Below, in pieces: positions 51,215 through 64,000 of a stretch of DNA of 64,000 nucleotides. Origin of the DNA: Eledone cirrhosa (taxonomy: Eukaryota). The notes under the pieces are model-generated. The model made no database searches. It saw only the letters and a list, made by a program, of their open reading frames with translations, and had not been told where the DNA came from. The stretch lies in the NCBI GenBank assembly GCA_964016885.1, contig OZ024744.1:97402001-97466000 (forward strand). Reading direction: 5' to 3'. Positions within the stretch are counted from its first letter, which is position 1, and every line of letters starts with the position of its first letter. Both the position numbers and the translations under genes were made by a program.

Positions 51215-51620
51215 TAGCCTAGTGGTAAGTGTGTTGGACTTATGACCATACCGTTGTGGGTTCAATTCTTGGACTGGGTGATTGTGTGTTGTGTTCTTGA
51301 GTAAAACACTTTATTTCATGTTGCTCCAGTATACTCAGTGAAGGTGTGTGGCCTAGTGATAAAGGTGTTGGACTTATGATCACAATATCATGGGTTTGAT
51401 TCCTGGGCTGGGTTGTGTGTTGTGTTCTTGAGCAAAACACTTTATTTCATGTTACTCCAGTATACTTAACTGAAAATGAGTACCAGCAATATCTGGAAGT
51501 TTAACCCTGCGATGGACTGGTGTCCTGTCCAGGGGGCAGTATTGTACTCTCAGTAGCTTAACACCATGAAAACTGGAATAAACACGACCTGATGAGCCTC
51601 TGGGCATTGAGACAGACTTT
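51215..51620 (+). mobile_element. tRNA-derived SINE with duplicated head; other copies at 59915-60180 (-), 58480-58615 (-) and 1713-1770
   Basis: A-box GGCCTAGTG and B-box GGTTCAATTC; GAGCAAAACACTTTATTTCA core. Confidence 0.7.
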
Positions 51621-52051
51621 AGACTAGAGATAAGAGGAATCAGCACTGGTTTGGACATGTGGATGCATGTGGATGTGGAAGAGCCTGGAGATGCCTGCCA
51701 GTGAAAGGAAGCTGTAGTAGAGGGAAACCAAGGAAAATCTGGGCAGAAGTGGTTAGAGCTGATCTCATCATCATCATCATCATCATCATTTTACGTCTGC
51801 TTTTCCCTGCTTGCAACGGTGGGACAGGTCCTATTCAGCACAGCATCTCTCCACTTGTCACGGTCCTTCGTCATCTCCACCGTGAGCTTCAGCAATCTGG
51901 GGTCTGCTCTCACCACCTCCACCCATGTCTTCCTTCTACTGGCAAAATGCTAAACCTCATAGTGGAGATGATGAATGAATGTTACAAGTGGAGTGAGGAC
52001 GAAGGTTGTGCTGGTAAGAATCCACCCAACACTGGAAAGGCATACATAAAG

Positions 52052-52084
<33 letters not shown>

Positions 52085-52179
52085 GGATGATGATGATGAT
52101 GAGGTTGATGATGATGATGATGATGATGATGAAGTTGATGAAAATGCGGATGATGGTGATGATGATGATGATGATGATA

Positions 52180-52218
<39 letters not shown>

Positions 52219-52235
52219 GTGATGATCATAATGAA

Positions 52236-52269
<34 letters not shown>

Positions 52270-53169
52270 ATTATTTGTGACTACTTTGGCTTGACTGTAA
52301 AGTGGTCAGGTAGGAGCCATGAGAAAAAGCACCCAGCCCACACTGTAAATTAGGAAGGGCACCCAGCTGTAGAAACCAAAACCAGAAACAGTTCTATATG
52401 AGCAAGACATGGTCACCTGACCCAACTTGCCTCAAATGTGACAACCCGTCTAACCCATGCTAGCATGGAAAATGGACGTTAAATGATGATCATGATGATT
52501 ATCTGTGACTATTTTGATTTGTCTGCTGATGGTTTGTGATAGAAGGGGAGAGCTTGCACATCCATGTAGAAAATACCTTGTTTTTAAATCAGTTAACATT
52601 TTTTCAATTTATTTTTGATGTTGAGGGCGGAGACTAAAAATGGGAATGGAATTAAGAGTAGTTAATATTAATTCTTTACATGGTCAGGTTGTTGGCGACT
52701 AAACTGACAACCCCAGCAAGCTTGCGAATGATTTTTGGACACCCATCAATGAGTAGACTATCACTCAGGAGACTCAACAGAAAAATATATAAACAGATCT
52801 CATTAGCCATGGTTGGCTGTCTGTCTAGGAGAAGAATCATTCTGAATTCAAAACAGGTTGGTGCCAACTTTTCAAATGGCTAACAGCTTCATCTTTGTGT
52901 TGAGGGTGGATGAGCTGTGTCTTGGTAACTTCCTTCCAAATAATAGTTGGACAAGGATTAGGGAGCCACCAACATCATTTTTTTGCTCAATGAGAATTAT
53001 GGACATCCAACATCATATAAATTAGCATTGGTGCAATGTTCTATGATCTCTGAACCTCAGCAATGAGAATGGGAAGAGACCAAAACTAAGACCGATATAT
53101 CATCATCATCATCATCATCTTACATCCGCTTTTCCCTGCTTGCAAGGGTGTGTATGATATATATATATA

Positions 53170-53541
53170 TATATTAATAAAAGGAATTCCAACTTTGATT
53201 TACTCTTTTTATTTACAATCCTTTAAATTTTATAATGGTATTAGAATGAAATAGTATGGTAGAATATTAAATGTTAAGTGTTAATTGAAAAAGAACTTTC
53301 TTGCTTTCGCAATCTTCAGGTTCATATTCTGTGGTGACAGTCAAGTTTGCGAAAATTGCAAACTTGACTGTCACCACACATTATGAACCTGAAGATTGCG
53401 AAAGCATGAAAGTACTTTTTCAATTAACACTTAACATTTAATATTCTACCATACTATTTCATTCTAATACCATTATAAATTTTAAAGGATTGTAAATAAA
53501 ACGAGTAAATCAGACAAAGTTGGAATTCCTTTTATTAATAT
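53170..53541. repeat. Near-perfect 180 bp-arm palindrome (7 nt loop) containing a hammerhead motif (53384-53422 + and mirror)
   Basis: Centre 53351-53357; TGAAC-CTGAAGA-tTGC gaaa GCAt-GAAA GTAC TT-TTTCA. Confidence 0.85.
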
Positions 53542-53574
53542 AATCTTCTATACACAATCATACACACCCGTGTA

Positions 53575-53657
<83 letters not shown>

Positions 53658-54039
53658 AAAAGGTAAACAAAAATAACAATATAATCAGTACAATATTATA
53701 TATATATATATCATACATACATAAATTTGTTACCAATATATATAATATCTCAATGAAAACAGATCGCTAAAGAAATTTCATTCAGATTTATATATTTTTT
53801 CTTATACCTGACGAAAAGATATTCTGTAAGGATGGACAGTTTCAATCTATTGGGATGGTCAGTACTGTTCTCGATCTTGGAAACTGCAGTAAGGGAACTT
53901 ATTGAAACCTTCTAGCTATAGGTTACTTAACTAACACTATATCCCTAGAGAAACATGCCTGTGAAGTGTTCTTTTTAGATTACTTTATTGGAATTTACCC
54001 CTCAGTGATTTTGTATAAGGTGTTATGTATCTATACAAG

Positions 54040-55160
54040 CCATATATAAAAAAGCAGTCAGTAAGGTTAGAATTAACAATGAATATTGTGAAGAATTTAG
54101 TGTAAAAGTTGGTGTTCACCAAGGTTCTGTCCTTAGCCTCCTCCTATTTATTATTGCCCTTCAGGCTATAACAGAGGAGTTCAAGACCGGCTGCCCATGG
54201 GAACTCCTATATGCAGATGATCTAACTCTCATAGCTGAATCTATGGCTGAACTAGAGAAGAAATTCCAAACATGGAAGCATGGCCTAGAATCAAAAGGCC
54301 TTAAAGTTAACTTGACTAAAACTAAAGTTCTAGTTTGTAGGAAGGAAAATAGGACACAGGTGCCCTCAGGGAAATGGCCATGCTCAGTGTGTAGGAAAGG
54401 AGTAGGAAGAAACTCCATTTTATGTCCCAAATTCAAACTATGGGTACATAAAAGATGTAGTGGGATCACAGGTAAACTATCTAAGAACGTAGACTTTATA
54501 TGTGGCCAATGCTCAGGTGCAATAAGTAGCAAGTGCCCACAGGATACTAGCCCCTTATATTGCCCAGATGGTTCTATAGAAATAGTGGACACTTTCTGTT
54601 ACTTGGGTGACAAAATCAGCAGTGGTGGAGGATGTTCTGAAAGTACAGTAGCCAGAGTCAGAACGGGATGGAAAAAGTTCAGAGAGCTTATAACGCTGTT
54701 GGCCACAAAAGGTTTCTCTCTAAAAATGAAAGGCAGATTGTATGATGCCTGCATACGAACAGCGATGTTACATGGCAGTGAGACATGGGCATTGTGTGCA
54801 GAGGACCTGCACAGACTGGAAAGGAACGAAGTATGCATGCTCCGTTGGATGTGTAATAGTAATATACGTGAACGGCAAAGCATAAATGAACTAAGTGAGA
54901 AATTAGGAATAAGAGGGACCAGATGCTGTTTACTCGAGAGGAGACTACGTTGGTATGGTCACGGGATGCGCAAGAAAGACGACATCTGTATAAAAAAAGT
55001 GCAGGGCGATCAAAATTGATGGAAGTTACGGAGTAGGCTGACCCAGAAAAACCTGGGACGATTTGATAAATTACGACCTTACACACTTGCACCTCTCTAA
55101 GACAATGTCACTGGACTGAGATCTTTGGCGCTACGCAGTAATACAGAAGACCCGCCTTGC
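54040..55160 (+). pseudogene. RTE-like RT fragment with internal Cys-rich zinc-binding insert; related pieces at 59220-59710 (-) and 51650-51765
   Basis: GVHQGSVLS, LLYADDL, WPCSVCRKGVG..WVHKRC..FICGQC, FCYLG, MLHGSETW, RLRWYGH. Confidence 0.85.
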
Positions 55161-55583
55161 CTATGTACTTAGCGAAACCTACAGTCAGTAGGCACCTCTT
55201 AACCAAATATACACCCCAATCCACTACCCCTACCCTATCCTCCCACCAACACCACCCTCTCTCTGTAAAGTTGGTACCACAACATCCAGTCCAAATAAAT
55301 GAGATAATGAGATCGAGATTGTGTAGGTGTCACAACAAAAAAGCACACAGTCCACGTTGTAATGTGGCCGTGTAGGTAACACGGTAAAAACCTCCCAGTT
55401 CCACACTGTAAATGCGGTTGGTGTTAGGAAGGGCACCCAGCTGTAGAAAACCTGCCAGATAGTCCTATATGAGCGAGACACGGTCACCCGACCAACCTTG
55501 ACTCAAATTGGGACAACTCCTGTCTAACCCATGCTAGCGTGGAAGATGGACGTTAAACAAAGATGATGATGATGATATATATA

Positions 55584-55779
55584 TACGAGGGTAGGCTGAC
55601 TATGAAGGAGTGATGCTAGAGCTGTGTAGTATTGCATACATTGTAGTATTGTTAATTTCAACTCTACTTATTAATAATTGCATTGATTCTTTCCAGTGAC
55701 TTTGTTGAAAAATAAACCTCATTTGGTCATTCCATGAGAGTATCTTGGCCAGCCTATGAACTTTTCAGTCGACTCTTGG
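55584..55779. mobile_element. Degenerate mariner-type non-autonomous element
   Basis: TACGAGGGTAGGCTGA start; TTCAGTCGACTCTTG end. Confidence 0.45.
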
Positions 55780-56487
55780 ATCATTATTTTGTTGTTGTTG
55801 TTGTTATCCATGTTTTCAATTTTGTTTTCTTTGTTTGTGTTGATTTTCTCTTGTTGCTTCCCTGGTGTGCCTACAGTACTCATTCGGTTAATGTTTGAAC
55901 ATTTCATCATCATCGTTGTTTTAATGTCTACATTCGCTGCTCGCAATGGTTGGACAGGTCTACATAGACCAAGTCAGTACTGAAGAGGTGGCTACTGATC
56001 TCCCAGATGAGTCAGAGATCTGTTGTCTTGCTTATGTACAGTCTCATGTTCTATCAAGTGCACAAGGGAGGTTATCGTGTCTTTGACACAACTGAAGGGT
56101 CCTCCCAACCCTTTGTTAAGCAAGTTTTCTATGGCCGGATGTCCTTCCTATCACCAACCAATTTACAGCATGTACTGGGTGCTTTTATCATGGAGATCAA
56201 CAAACACTAGAGTGGTTGTCATGTCCTTGATACACTACTCTATATTTACTATTGTATTTTCATGGCTTTACCTCACATAATTATCTCACATAATATCGAA
56301 TCTATGAGATTTTGATATTATTTATTTTGAGAACAATACCTTAACATCAGTATGAGTGGCCTGTTACAGCCAGTTTCAACAGAAAGAGGTGAGAGAATTC
56401 TGGCCAGATATGGCCGGTTTAAATACTAAATGGTTAATTCTATTACAAGAGCTGGTCTGTTTACCATTTCTCTATTCATTATAATTT

Positions 56488-57681
56488 ACAGTTTCTGCAT
56501 AGTTCTACATAGTTTCTACAGAGTTTCTACATTTCAACACAGTTCTACACAGTTCTACACAGCTCTACACAGTTCTACACAGTTCTACACAGCTCTACAC
56601 AGTTCTATATCGTTTCTACACAGTTTCTACACAATTTCTACACAGTCCTACATAGTTTCTACACAATTCTATATAGTTTCTACACAGCTCTACACAGTTC
56701 TACATAGTTTCTACACTGTTTCTACAAAGTTTCTACACAGTTCTACACAGTTTCTACACAGTTCAACACAGTTCTACATAGTTTCTACATAGTTCTACAG
56801 TTCTACACAGCTCTACATAGTTCTACAGTTCTACACAGTTCTACATAGTTTCTACATAGTTCTACAGTTTTACACAGCTCTACAGTTCTACATAGTTTCT
56901 ACATAGTTCTACAGTTCTACACAGTTCTACATAGTTTCTACATATTTTCTACATAGTTCTACAGTTCTACATAGTTTCTACATAGTTCTACAGTTCTACA
57001 CAGCTCTACACAGCTCTACACAGTTCTACACAGTTTCTACATAGTTTCTACACAGTTTCTACATAGTTTCTACACAGTTCTACATAGTTTCTACATAGTT
57101 TCTACATAGTTTCTACACAGTTCTACACAGTAGTACACCATTCTACACAGTAGTACACAGTTCTACACAGTTCTACACAGTTCTACACAGTTCTACACAG
57201 TTCTACACAGTTTCTACACAGTTCTACATAGTTCTACACAGCCCTACACATTTCTGCACAGTTCTAAACAGTTTCTACACAGTTTCTACACAGTTCTACA
57301 CAGTTCTACAGAGTTTCTACACAATTCTACACAGTTTCTACATAGTTTCTACACAGTCTCTACATAGTTTCTACACAGTTCTACATAGTTTCTACACAGT
57401 TCTACACAGCTCTACACCGTTTCTACTCAGTTCTAAACAGTTTCTACACAGTTCTACACAGTTTTACACAGTTCTACACAGTTCTGCACAGTTTCTACAC
57501 AGTTATGCACAGTACTACACACTTTCTACATAGTTTCTACACAGTTCTACATAGTTCTACACAGCCCTACACATTTCTGCACAGTTCTACACAGTTCTAC
57601 ACAGCTCTACACAGTTCTACACAGTTCTACACAGCTCTACACAGTTCTACACAGTTCTACACAGTTCTATATAGTTTCTAC
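56488..57681 (+). repeat. 1.2 kb degenerate 8-11 bp minisatellite (AGTTCTACAC)n
   Basis: Direct reading. Confidence 0.95.
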
Positions 57682-58089
57682 AAGTCAATAACTGCCTCAC
57701 CGTTATTCCTCTTATATTCATTTAAACCAGTTTTCTGCTAAATATGCAACATTTACTATTTTCTTTTCTTTTGCTTGTGTTTCATTATTCTTCTTCCTGA
57801 CATTCTACATAACTGTTTCTATTTTTCTACTTAAATAGCTCCTCTTAATTGTTTCTTCTGTAGAATTTCCATGGGTCCTGCATGGGTATGAAAATCATCA
57901 TCATCATTTGAAAACCCTTTGAAAATCATCATCATCATCATCATTGTTTAACGTCCGTCTTCCATTGCTAGCATGGGTTAGATGGTTTTGTTCAATTTGA
58001 TCCGACCATTCCTGCATCAAATGAAACAAAAGCGTCCACCCATGCTAGCATGGAAGATGGACGTTACACGATGATGATGATGATGATGA

Positions 58090-58140
<51 letters not shown>

Positions 58141-58210
58141 GTCGTCAAGTATGAAATTTGTAGATATTTCGGCTTTTTTTCTATAAATTTCTACAAATTT
58201 CATACTTGAC

Positions 58211-58276
<66 letters not shown>

Positions 58277-60659
58277 TCATCATCATCATCATTTTACGTC
58301 CGCTTTTCCCTGCTTGCAAGGGTGGAACGGGAACTGATTCTGGCTTGATTTCTACAGCTGGATGCCCTTCCTAACACTAACCTCATTTACAGTGAGTGCT
58401 GGGTGCTTTTTTGCCGTGGCACCTCCACGACCACTTTGCAGTGGAATGATAGGGACCCCAGTCCCTATCATCTCATTTCTACAGCTGAGTAAACTGGAGC
58501 AATGTGAAATAAAGTGTCTTGCTCAAGGAAACAACACATCACCCGCTCTGAGAACTGAACTCACAACCTTTCGATTGTAAGACCAATGCTCTAATCACTA
58601 AGCCATGTGCCTCCATATATATATATATAAGATAGACGTTAAACGATGATGATGATTTTCAAATGGTCTTATTTATATATACTAGCGGGACCCATGGAAA
58701 TTCTACAGACGAAACAATTAAGAGGAGATATTTAAGAGACGTTTGTCTAGTATATTATCTCTTCTCTTGCTGTCTTAATCTACCTTGCTCTAAAATCATA
58801 TGTCTCTGTTCTCCATTCATTTCCTCACGTCTCTGTACACACACACACACAATTCAATACAATTGTGTGTGTGTATGTGTATATCACCATCATCAACGTT
58901 TTACATCGATTCTTCTACGCTAGCATGGGTTAGACGGGTTGTCCTGTTGTGGGCAATGTCTGGTCAGCTGACCTTGTCTTGCTCATACGGGAACTGATTT
59001 TGGCTTGCTTTCTACAGCTGGATGTCCTTCCTAACACCAACCTCATTTACAGTCAGTACTGGGTACTTTTTTCCCGTGGCGCCTACATGACCACCTTACA
59101 GTGTGGACTGGGTGCTTTTTGTCGTGACACCTCCACGACCACTTTGCAGTGGGGGCTGCGGGGGTCATATTGTCTATATGCTTCAGCTTCGGGTTGTACC
59201 CGTGGGGGGGGGGGGGGGGGTCGAGTCTTCTGTATTACTGCGTAATGCCAGAGGTCTTGGTTCTGTGTCATCGCATTTGAGAGGTGTAATTGGATAAGGT
59301 TGGCTTTCATCACCTCATCCCAGATCTTCTTGGGTCGCCCCACTCCACGGCTTCCATCGACTTCTAGTGCTCTGCACCTTTTAATGCAGCTGTCATCCTT
59401 CATACGCATCACATGTCCATACCAACACAACCTCCTCTCCTGAACACACCATATGATTCTTCTTATGCTCAGTCTCTCTCACAAGTCTCATTACCATGTA
59501 ACATTGCTGTTCGCATGCACGCATCATAGTGTCTACCTTTCATTTTGAGGGAAAAGCATCTTGCAGCTAGCAGTGGTAGTAGCTCCCTGAACTTCTTCCA
59601 TCCCATTCGTATATGTATACATATGTATGAGTATATAAATATAAAATGTACAAAGACAACATACACTCATACAACGATAGCTAATCTTGGAATGCTCATC
59701 GCTATAGCGTTTCACCAGCCCATTCCTTCCTCAGTCATTATATAGATGTGTGTGTATGTAATAATTATTTTGTATAATGTATCTATTTGTGAATATGTAT
59801 GAGTAGATGTGTGTGTATGTGTGTGTATGTGTATGTGTGTGTGTGCACGTTTGCACGTCTATTGTCTGTGTAGCTGTTTATGTATTTATGTGTAGTCTAT
59901 GTCTAAAGTCTGTCTTAAACCAGAAGGCTCATTTGGCCGGTGCTTATCCTGGTTTCATGGCATGAAGCGACTGAGAGTACAAGACTTCCCACTGGACACG
60001 ACGCCAGTCCATCACAGGGTTAAACCCCCAGCTATTGCTGGTACTCATTTTCAGCTGAGTATACTGGAGCAACGTGAAATGAAGTGTTTTGCTCAAGAGC
60101 ACAACACGCAAACCTAGGAATCGAACCCACGACATTATGATCGTAAGTCCAACACCCTCACCACTAGGCCATATGCCTCCACTCTATGTGTACTTGTATG
60201 TGTGTATGTAACTAAAGCGTAACATATAAACGAATGGACGAAATACAAGCAGAATTATATGAGGACAGTGTAGCAGGAGTTGCCTCCCCTGTTGTGACAC
60301 TCACAACCCCAATAAATTAACGCTCTCTAGACAGGAAGTAGAACCCTTTCTGTAACTTCCGGTCAGAACCCTATAAAACTAACAACGTTAAGCTAGCTAT
60401 CTCTCATTCGCCTTTCCGGTCAGGCGCCTCCTGGCCTTCGCCAGGAGTCTTAAATCAGGCGTGTGTAACCCTGGCAACCAAGCGACTTTCATCCATCTTC
60501 CTAAAAGCCTGTCCAAATCCTTCTTTTTTGGGGTGGTGCTGTAGCATGGCCTCGGCCTGTCTGCTGGAATACGTATTAGGATAATATCCAATCTGATGAT
60601 TGGCTCCTTTCCTTTTTGATGCTCTTACTATTAACATATATATATTAATATATATATAT

Positions 60660-61237
60660 ATTTACATTTTACGCTTACATGGGCGCCATTGCAAAAGGCC
60701 ATAAATTCAAAATTTTGGGGGTAAGTTTTTATTAATTTTCGTATTCTGAAAAACCAAAATACAACAATAATTTTTACACATTGGAAGCGGGGAAGGTTCT
60801 GAGAAAAGCTGTGAAAGCTACAGAAATATTCCATATATTCTTCGAGAGCAATCTCTTTAAAAATTTACATTTTACGCTTACTTTGTCCGCCATTGCAAAA
60901 GGCCATAAATTCAAATTTTGAAAAGAGAGAAAAAGAGACAAGTGAACTATGAACTTGTACATCTCAATGACGCCCCGCCACCACAATAACAATAACGTCT
61001 ACACTCGCTCCCCACCATCACCACATAACTCATTACTCTATGTAAGGTGGCTGACCTGTTGACATACTGCTAACTCCTTTGATGTATGAATGTGTATATA
61101 CATATATATATATATATATGCGTGTATATATATGTATGTATATGTATATCTCAGTGGATGCGACCAGATTTCAACACAGCAACAACTACAACAACAACAG
61201 CAACAACACCATTGTCTGTGTTGAATGTGTGTGTATG

Positions 61238-61283
<46 letters not shown>

Positions 61284-62035
61284 ACTACAATAAGAGCATC
61301 AACACCATTGTCTGCAGCAGCAGCAGTGAAATGAAGAACAACAACAACGACAGCAGCAGCAGCAACTACAACTACAACAGCGACAACAACAACAACAGCA
61401 ACAACACCATTGTCCGTGTTGAATGTGTGTGTATGTATGTATTTTTATATATGCGACTATAATAACAGCAACAGCATCGGTGAAATGAAGAACAGCAATA
61501 ACAACAGCAACAACTGCAACACCATTGTCTGTGTTGAATGTGTGTATATATGTACTTATATTTATGCGACTACAATAATAGCAACAGCACCATTGACTGC
61601 AGCATCAGTGAAATGAAGAACAACAAAAACGGCAGCAGCAGCAGCAGCAACAACAACAACAACAACAACAACAACTGCCACCACCATCACTGACCATCCA
61701 CCATCCACCACCTTCACCACCACCACAACCACCATCACTGGCACCACCCACCACCACCGCCTTCACCACCATCCACCGACACCATCCACCACCACTACTA
61801 CCACCGCCACCATCACTAGCACCATCCACCATCGCCACCATCAGTCACAATCCACCACCATCACCATCACTGACACCATCTACCACCTTCATCACTACCA
61901 CCATTACTGACACCATCCACCACCATCACCATGACTGACACCATCCACCACCACCATCACTGACACTATCCACCACCACCACCATCACTGGCATCATCCA
62001 CCACCATTACCAGCGTAAAGCAAACAATTATTATT
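60660..62035 (+). repeat. Diverged relative of the repeat inside the RTE leader, with expanded internal CAA/CAG/CAC repeats
   Basis: 60717-61200 resembles 44833-45280; the ends also correspond (62005-62035 vs 45525-45570). Confidence 0.65.
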
Positions 62036-62107
62036 ATATAAAAAACTGAACTGGACTGGGAAAAGTCAACAGTTGACATGATTTTGATTTTGTATCAGTA
62101 CTGTCGG

Positions 62108-62179
<72 letters not shown>

Positions 62180-62189
<10 letters not shown>

Positions 62190-63135
62190 ATAATCAAAGC
62201 TATGTTCAAAGCATTTATTCACTTACAATTGTTTCATCCAAACCTAGGCTTGGAACATTCGGAGCATTTTTCAATGAATGTACACATAATTGACCTCCTT
62301 TCCAACGCAAGAGACATAGAGATACATATATATATATATTGATGTACAGTAGAGTGACATATATTATATTATATTATTTCTGTATAGCAATTCAAATTCA
62401 AAATCAAAATTAAAACAACCGCTGTAAATTCTCACACCAGAATCAACCTATTCTATAAATTTGGATTAAATAACACTGAGCCGCAATAAGCTAAAATAAT
62501 TGAATTTAATGCATCAAACATCCAATACGGAATCATTGTTACTTATGTGATGGATGTAAAAATTATTTATTACTTTTCCTGAATGTGAAAATGGTGGTGG
62601 ATACGAAAACCATAACTTTCTTTTGCTTCTCCTATTTATTTTTATTTTTCTGCACACATACTTTTTTATTATATACAAAAAATACATTACCACTACAACC
62701 ACCATCATAGTCTTACTTACCCGCTTAAAGTGCTTGTATTACATGTAACACCCTGCCACACAATAATCATATATAAATGAGACACACTTGCATGGCCCAC
62801 GTGTAACTAACGCATACACTAACTACTACATCTGACTAACAAACTATCCTCTTGCATTATCTGTGTTAACTGCCGAATGTATTTTAATTTTGTTTTAATT
62901 TTAATTTTGATTTTAATTTTGAATTTGAATTGCTATACAGAAATAATATAGTATAATATATGTCACTCCACTGTATATCAATATATATATGTGTATCTGT
63001 ATGTCTCTTGCTTTGGAAAGGAGGTCAATTATGTGTACAAACATTGAAAAATGCTCCGAAGGTTCCAAGCCTAGGTTTGGATAAAACAATTGTAAGTGAA
63101 TAAATGCTTTGAACATAGCTTTAATTCTTGTGAAT
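62180..63135. mobile_element. Element with ~235 bp inverted arms (62180-62415 / 62905-63135) and a degenerate hammerhead-like core
   Basis: Arms complementary; GAAAC AATT GTA AGTGAAT on the minus strand at 62217-62240; CUGANGA box decayed. Confidence 0.6.
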
Positions 63136-63294
63136 TATATATAACTGCTCTGTAGAACAAATGATGTTATTACATTCAGCTATTTACCTTACTGGTAATA
63201 AGGTAGTAATAAATTACTGACCTTCACTGTTTAGGGTTTAAAATATACATAACTATAAAAAGTTTTAGTATATACATAACCATAAATATTATCC

Positions 63295-63369
<75 letters not shown>

Positions 63370-63566
63370 TGGTGTCTGTGTTTGTATGCATGAATGAGTG
63401 TTGGTGTGTGAGTGGCGTGTGTGTTTGTAGTTTGTATGCATAAGTGTTGGTGTGTGAGTGTGTGTGCGAGTCGTGTCAATAAGTGTGTTTTTTTTGTTTT
63501 TGTTTTTTTATGGCCATGCTGTAAAATGTAGAGAGGGCCCTTGAGTCTAGTAAGACATCCTCTCTA

Positions 63567-64000
63567 GTGCTGGTGGCACAAATAAAAGCACCCAGTCCAT
63601 GCTGTAAAGTGGCGCTGGTGTTAGGAAGGCCATCCAACCAGTGTATCAATGCCAAAACGCTTAGCAGCACAGCAACAAATATGAAGACGTCGCATCTCAG
63701 AGTTGCAACACTTAATGTTGGCACTCTCAGAGGTAGATCTGCTGAAATAGCGGAGATGCTGGAGAGAAGGCAGGTGGATGTGTGCTGCCTGCAAGAGGTG
63801 AGATGGAGAGGTGCCTCTGCGAGACTAGTCGTAGGCAAGCGTCTTAGCTATGAGCTTTTCTGGGTAGGTAAGGATGATGGCTTAGGGGGAGTAGGCACTT
63901 TCCTGGCTGAGAGATGGATCAATAAGACAATAGAGGTAGTTTGAGTTAGTAATCGAATAATTAAGCTTAGGTTAGTTGTAGGCAGGAGACTACTGACAAT
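63567..64000 (+). pseudogene. 5' end of an RTE-like LINE: UTR pseudoknot module and start of the APE endonuclease, stop at 63942-63944
   Basis: LRVATLNVGTL, VDVCCLQEVRWRG, LFWVG..GGVG. Confidence 0.8.

Noticed and set aside
51215-51420. tRNA genes
   Set aside because: A/B boxes belong to SINE heads; no complete cloverleaf seen
51585-51615. CTGATGAG motif in a SINE tail as a hammerhead
   Set aside because: No GAAA box and no stem I/III pairing
53809-53884. Possible 76 nt minus-strand exon (CTGCAG acceptor, GTATAA donor)
   Set aside because: One open frame but no recognisable peptide; compatible with chance
60269-60635. Possible solo LTR (TGTAGC...TAACA)
   Set aside because: No TSD and no second copy in the window

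Overview
This is repeat-saturated eukaryotic DNA. The SINE/LINE repertoire and the (TA)n/(CA)n/(CATA)n density suggest an Octopus-type cephalopod genome (inference). No host gene is confidently seen. The only intact long ORF is an RTE-clade LINE (9085-12630, minus strand; APE endonuclease, RT and three C-terminal C2H2 fingers). A frameshifted sister copy lies at 40135-45688. Both copies carry the same ~1.5 kb composite 5' leader, which is inverted in one copy in a twin-priming pattern. The remainder is nested debris: R4-like and CRE-like restriction-endonuclease LINEs, other RTE families, a Penelope-like element, hAT elements, MITEs, a probable solo LTR, tandem SINEs and satellites. The most notable signals are: (1) at least eight distinct hammerhead-ribozyme-like motifs, most duplicated as inverted or fold-back arms and often next to (TA)n; (2) a tandem pseudoknot module with covarying stems in RTE 5' UTRs and their non-autonomous derivatives; (3) repeated 5' inversions in RTE elements; (4) family-specific association with microsatellite types. 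All calls come from manual reading; no searches or folding programs were run.
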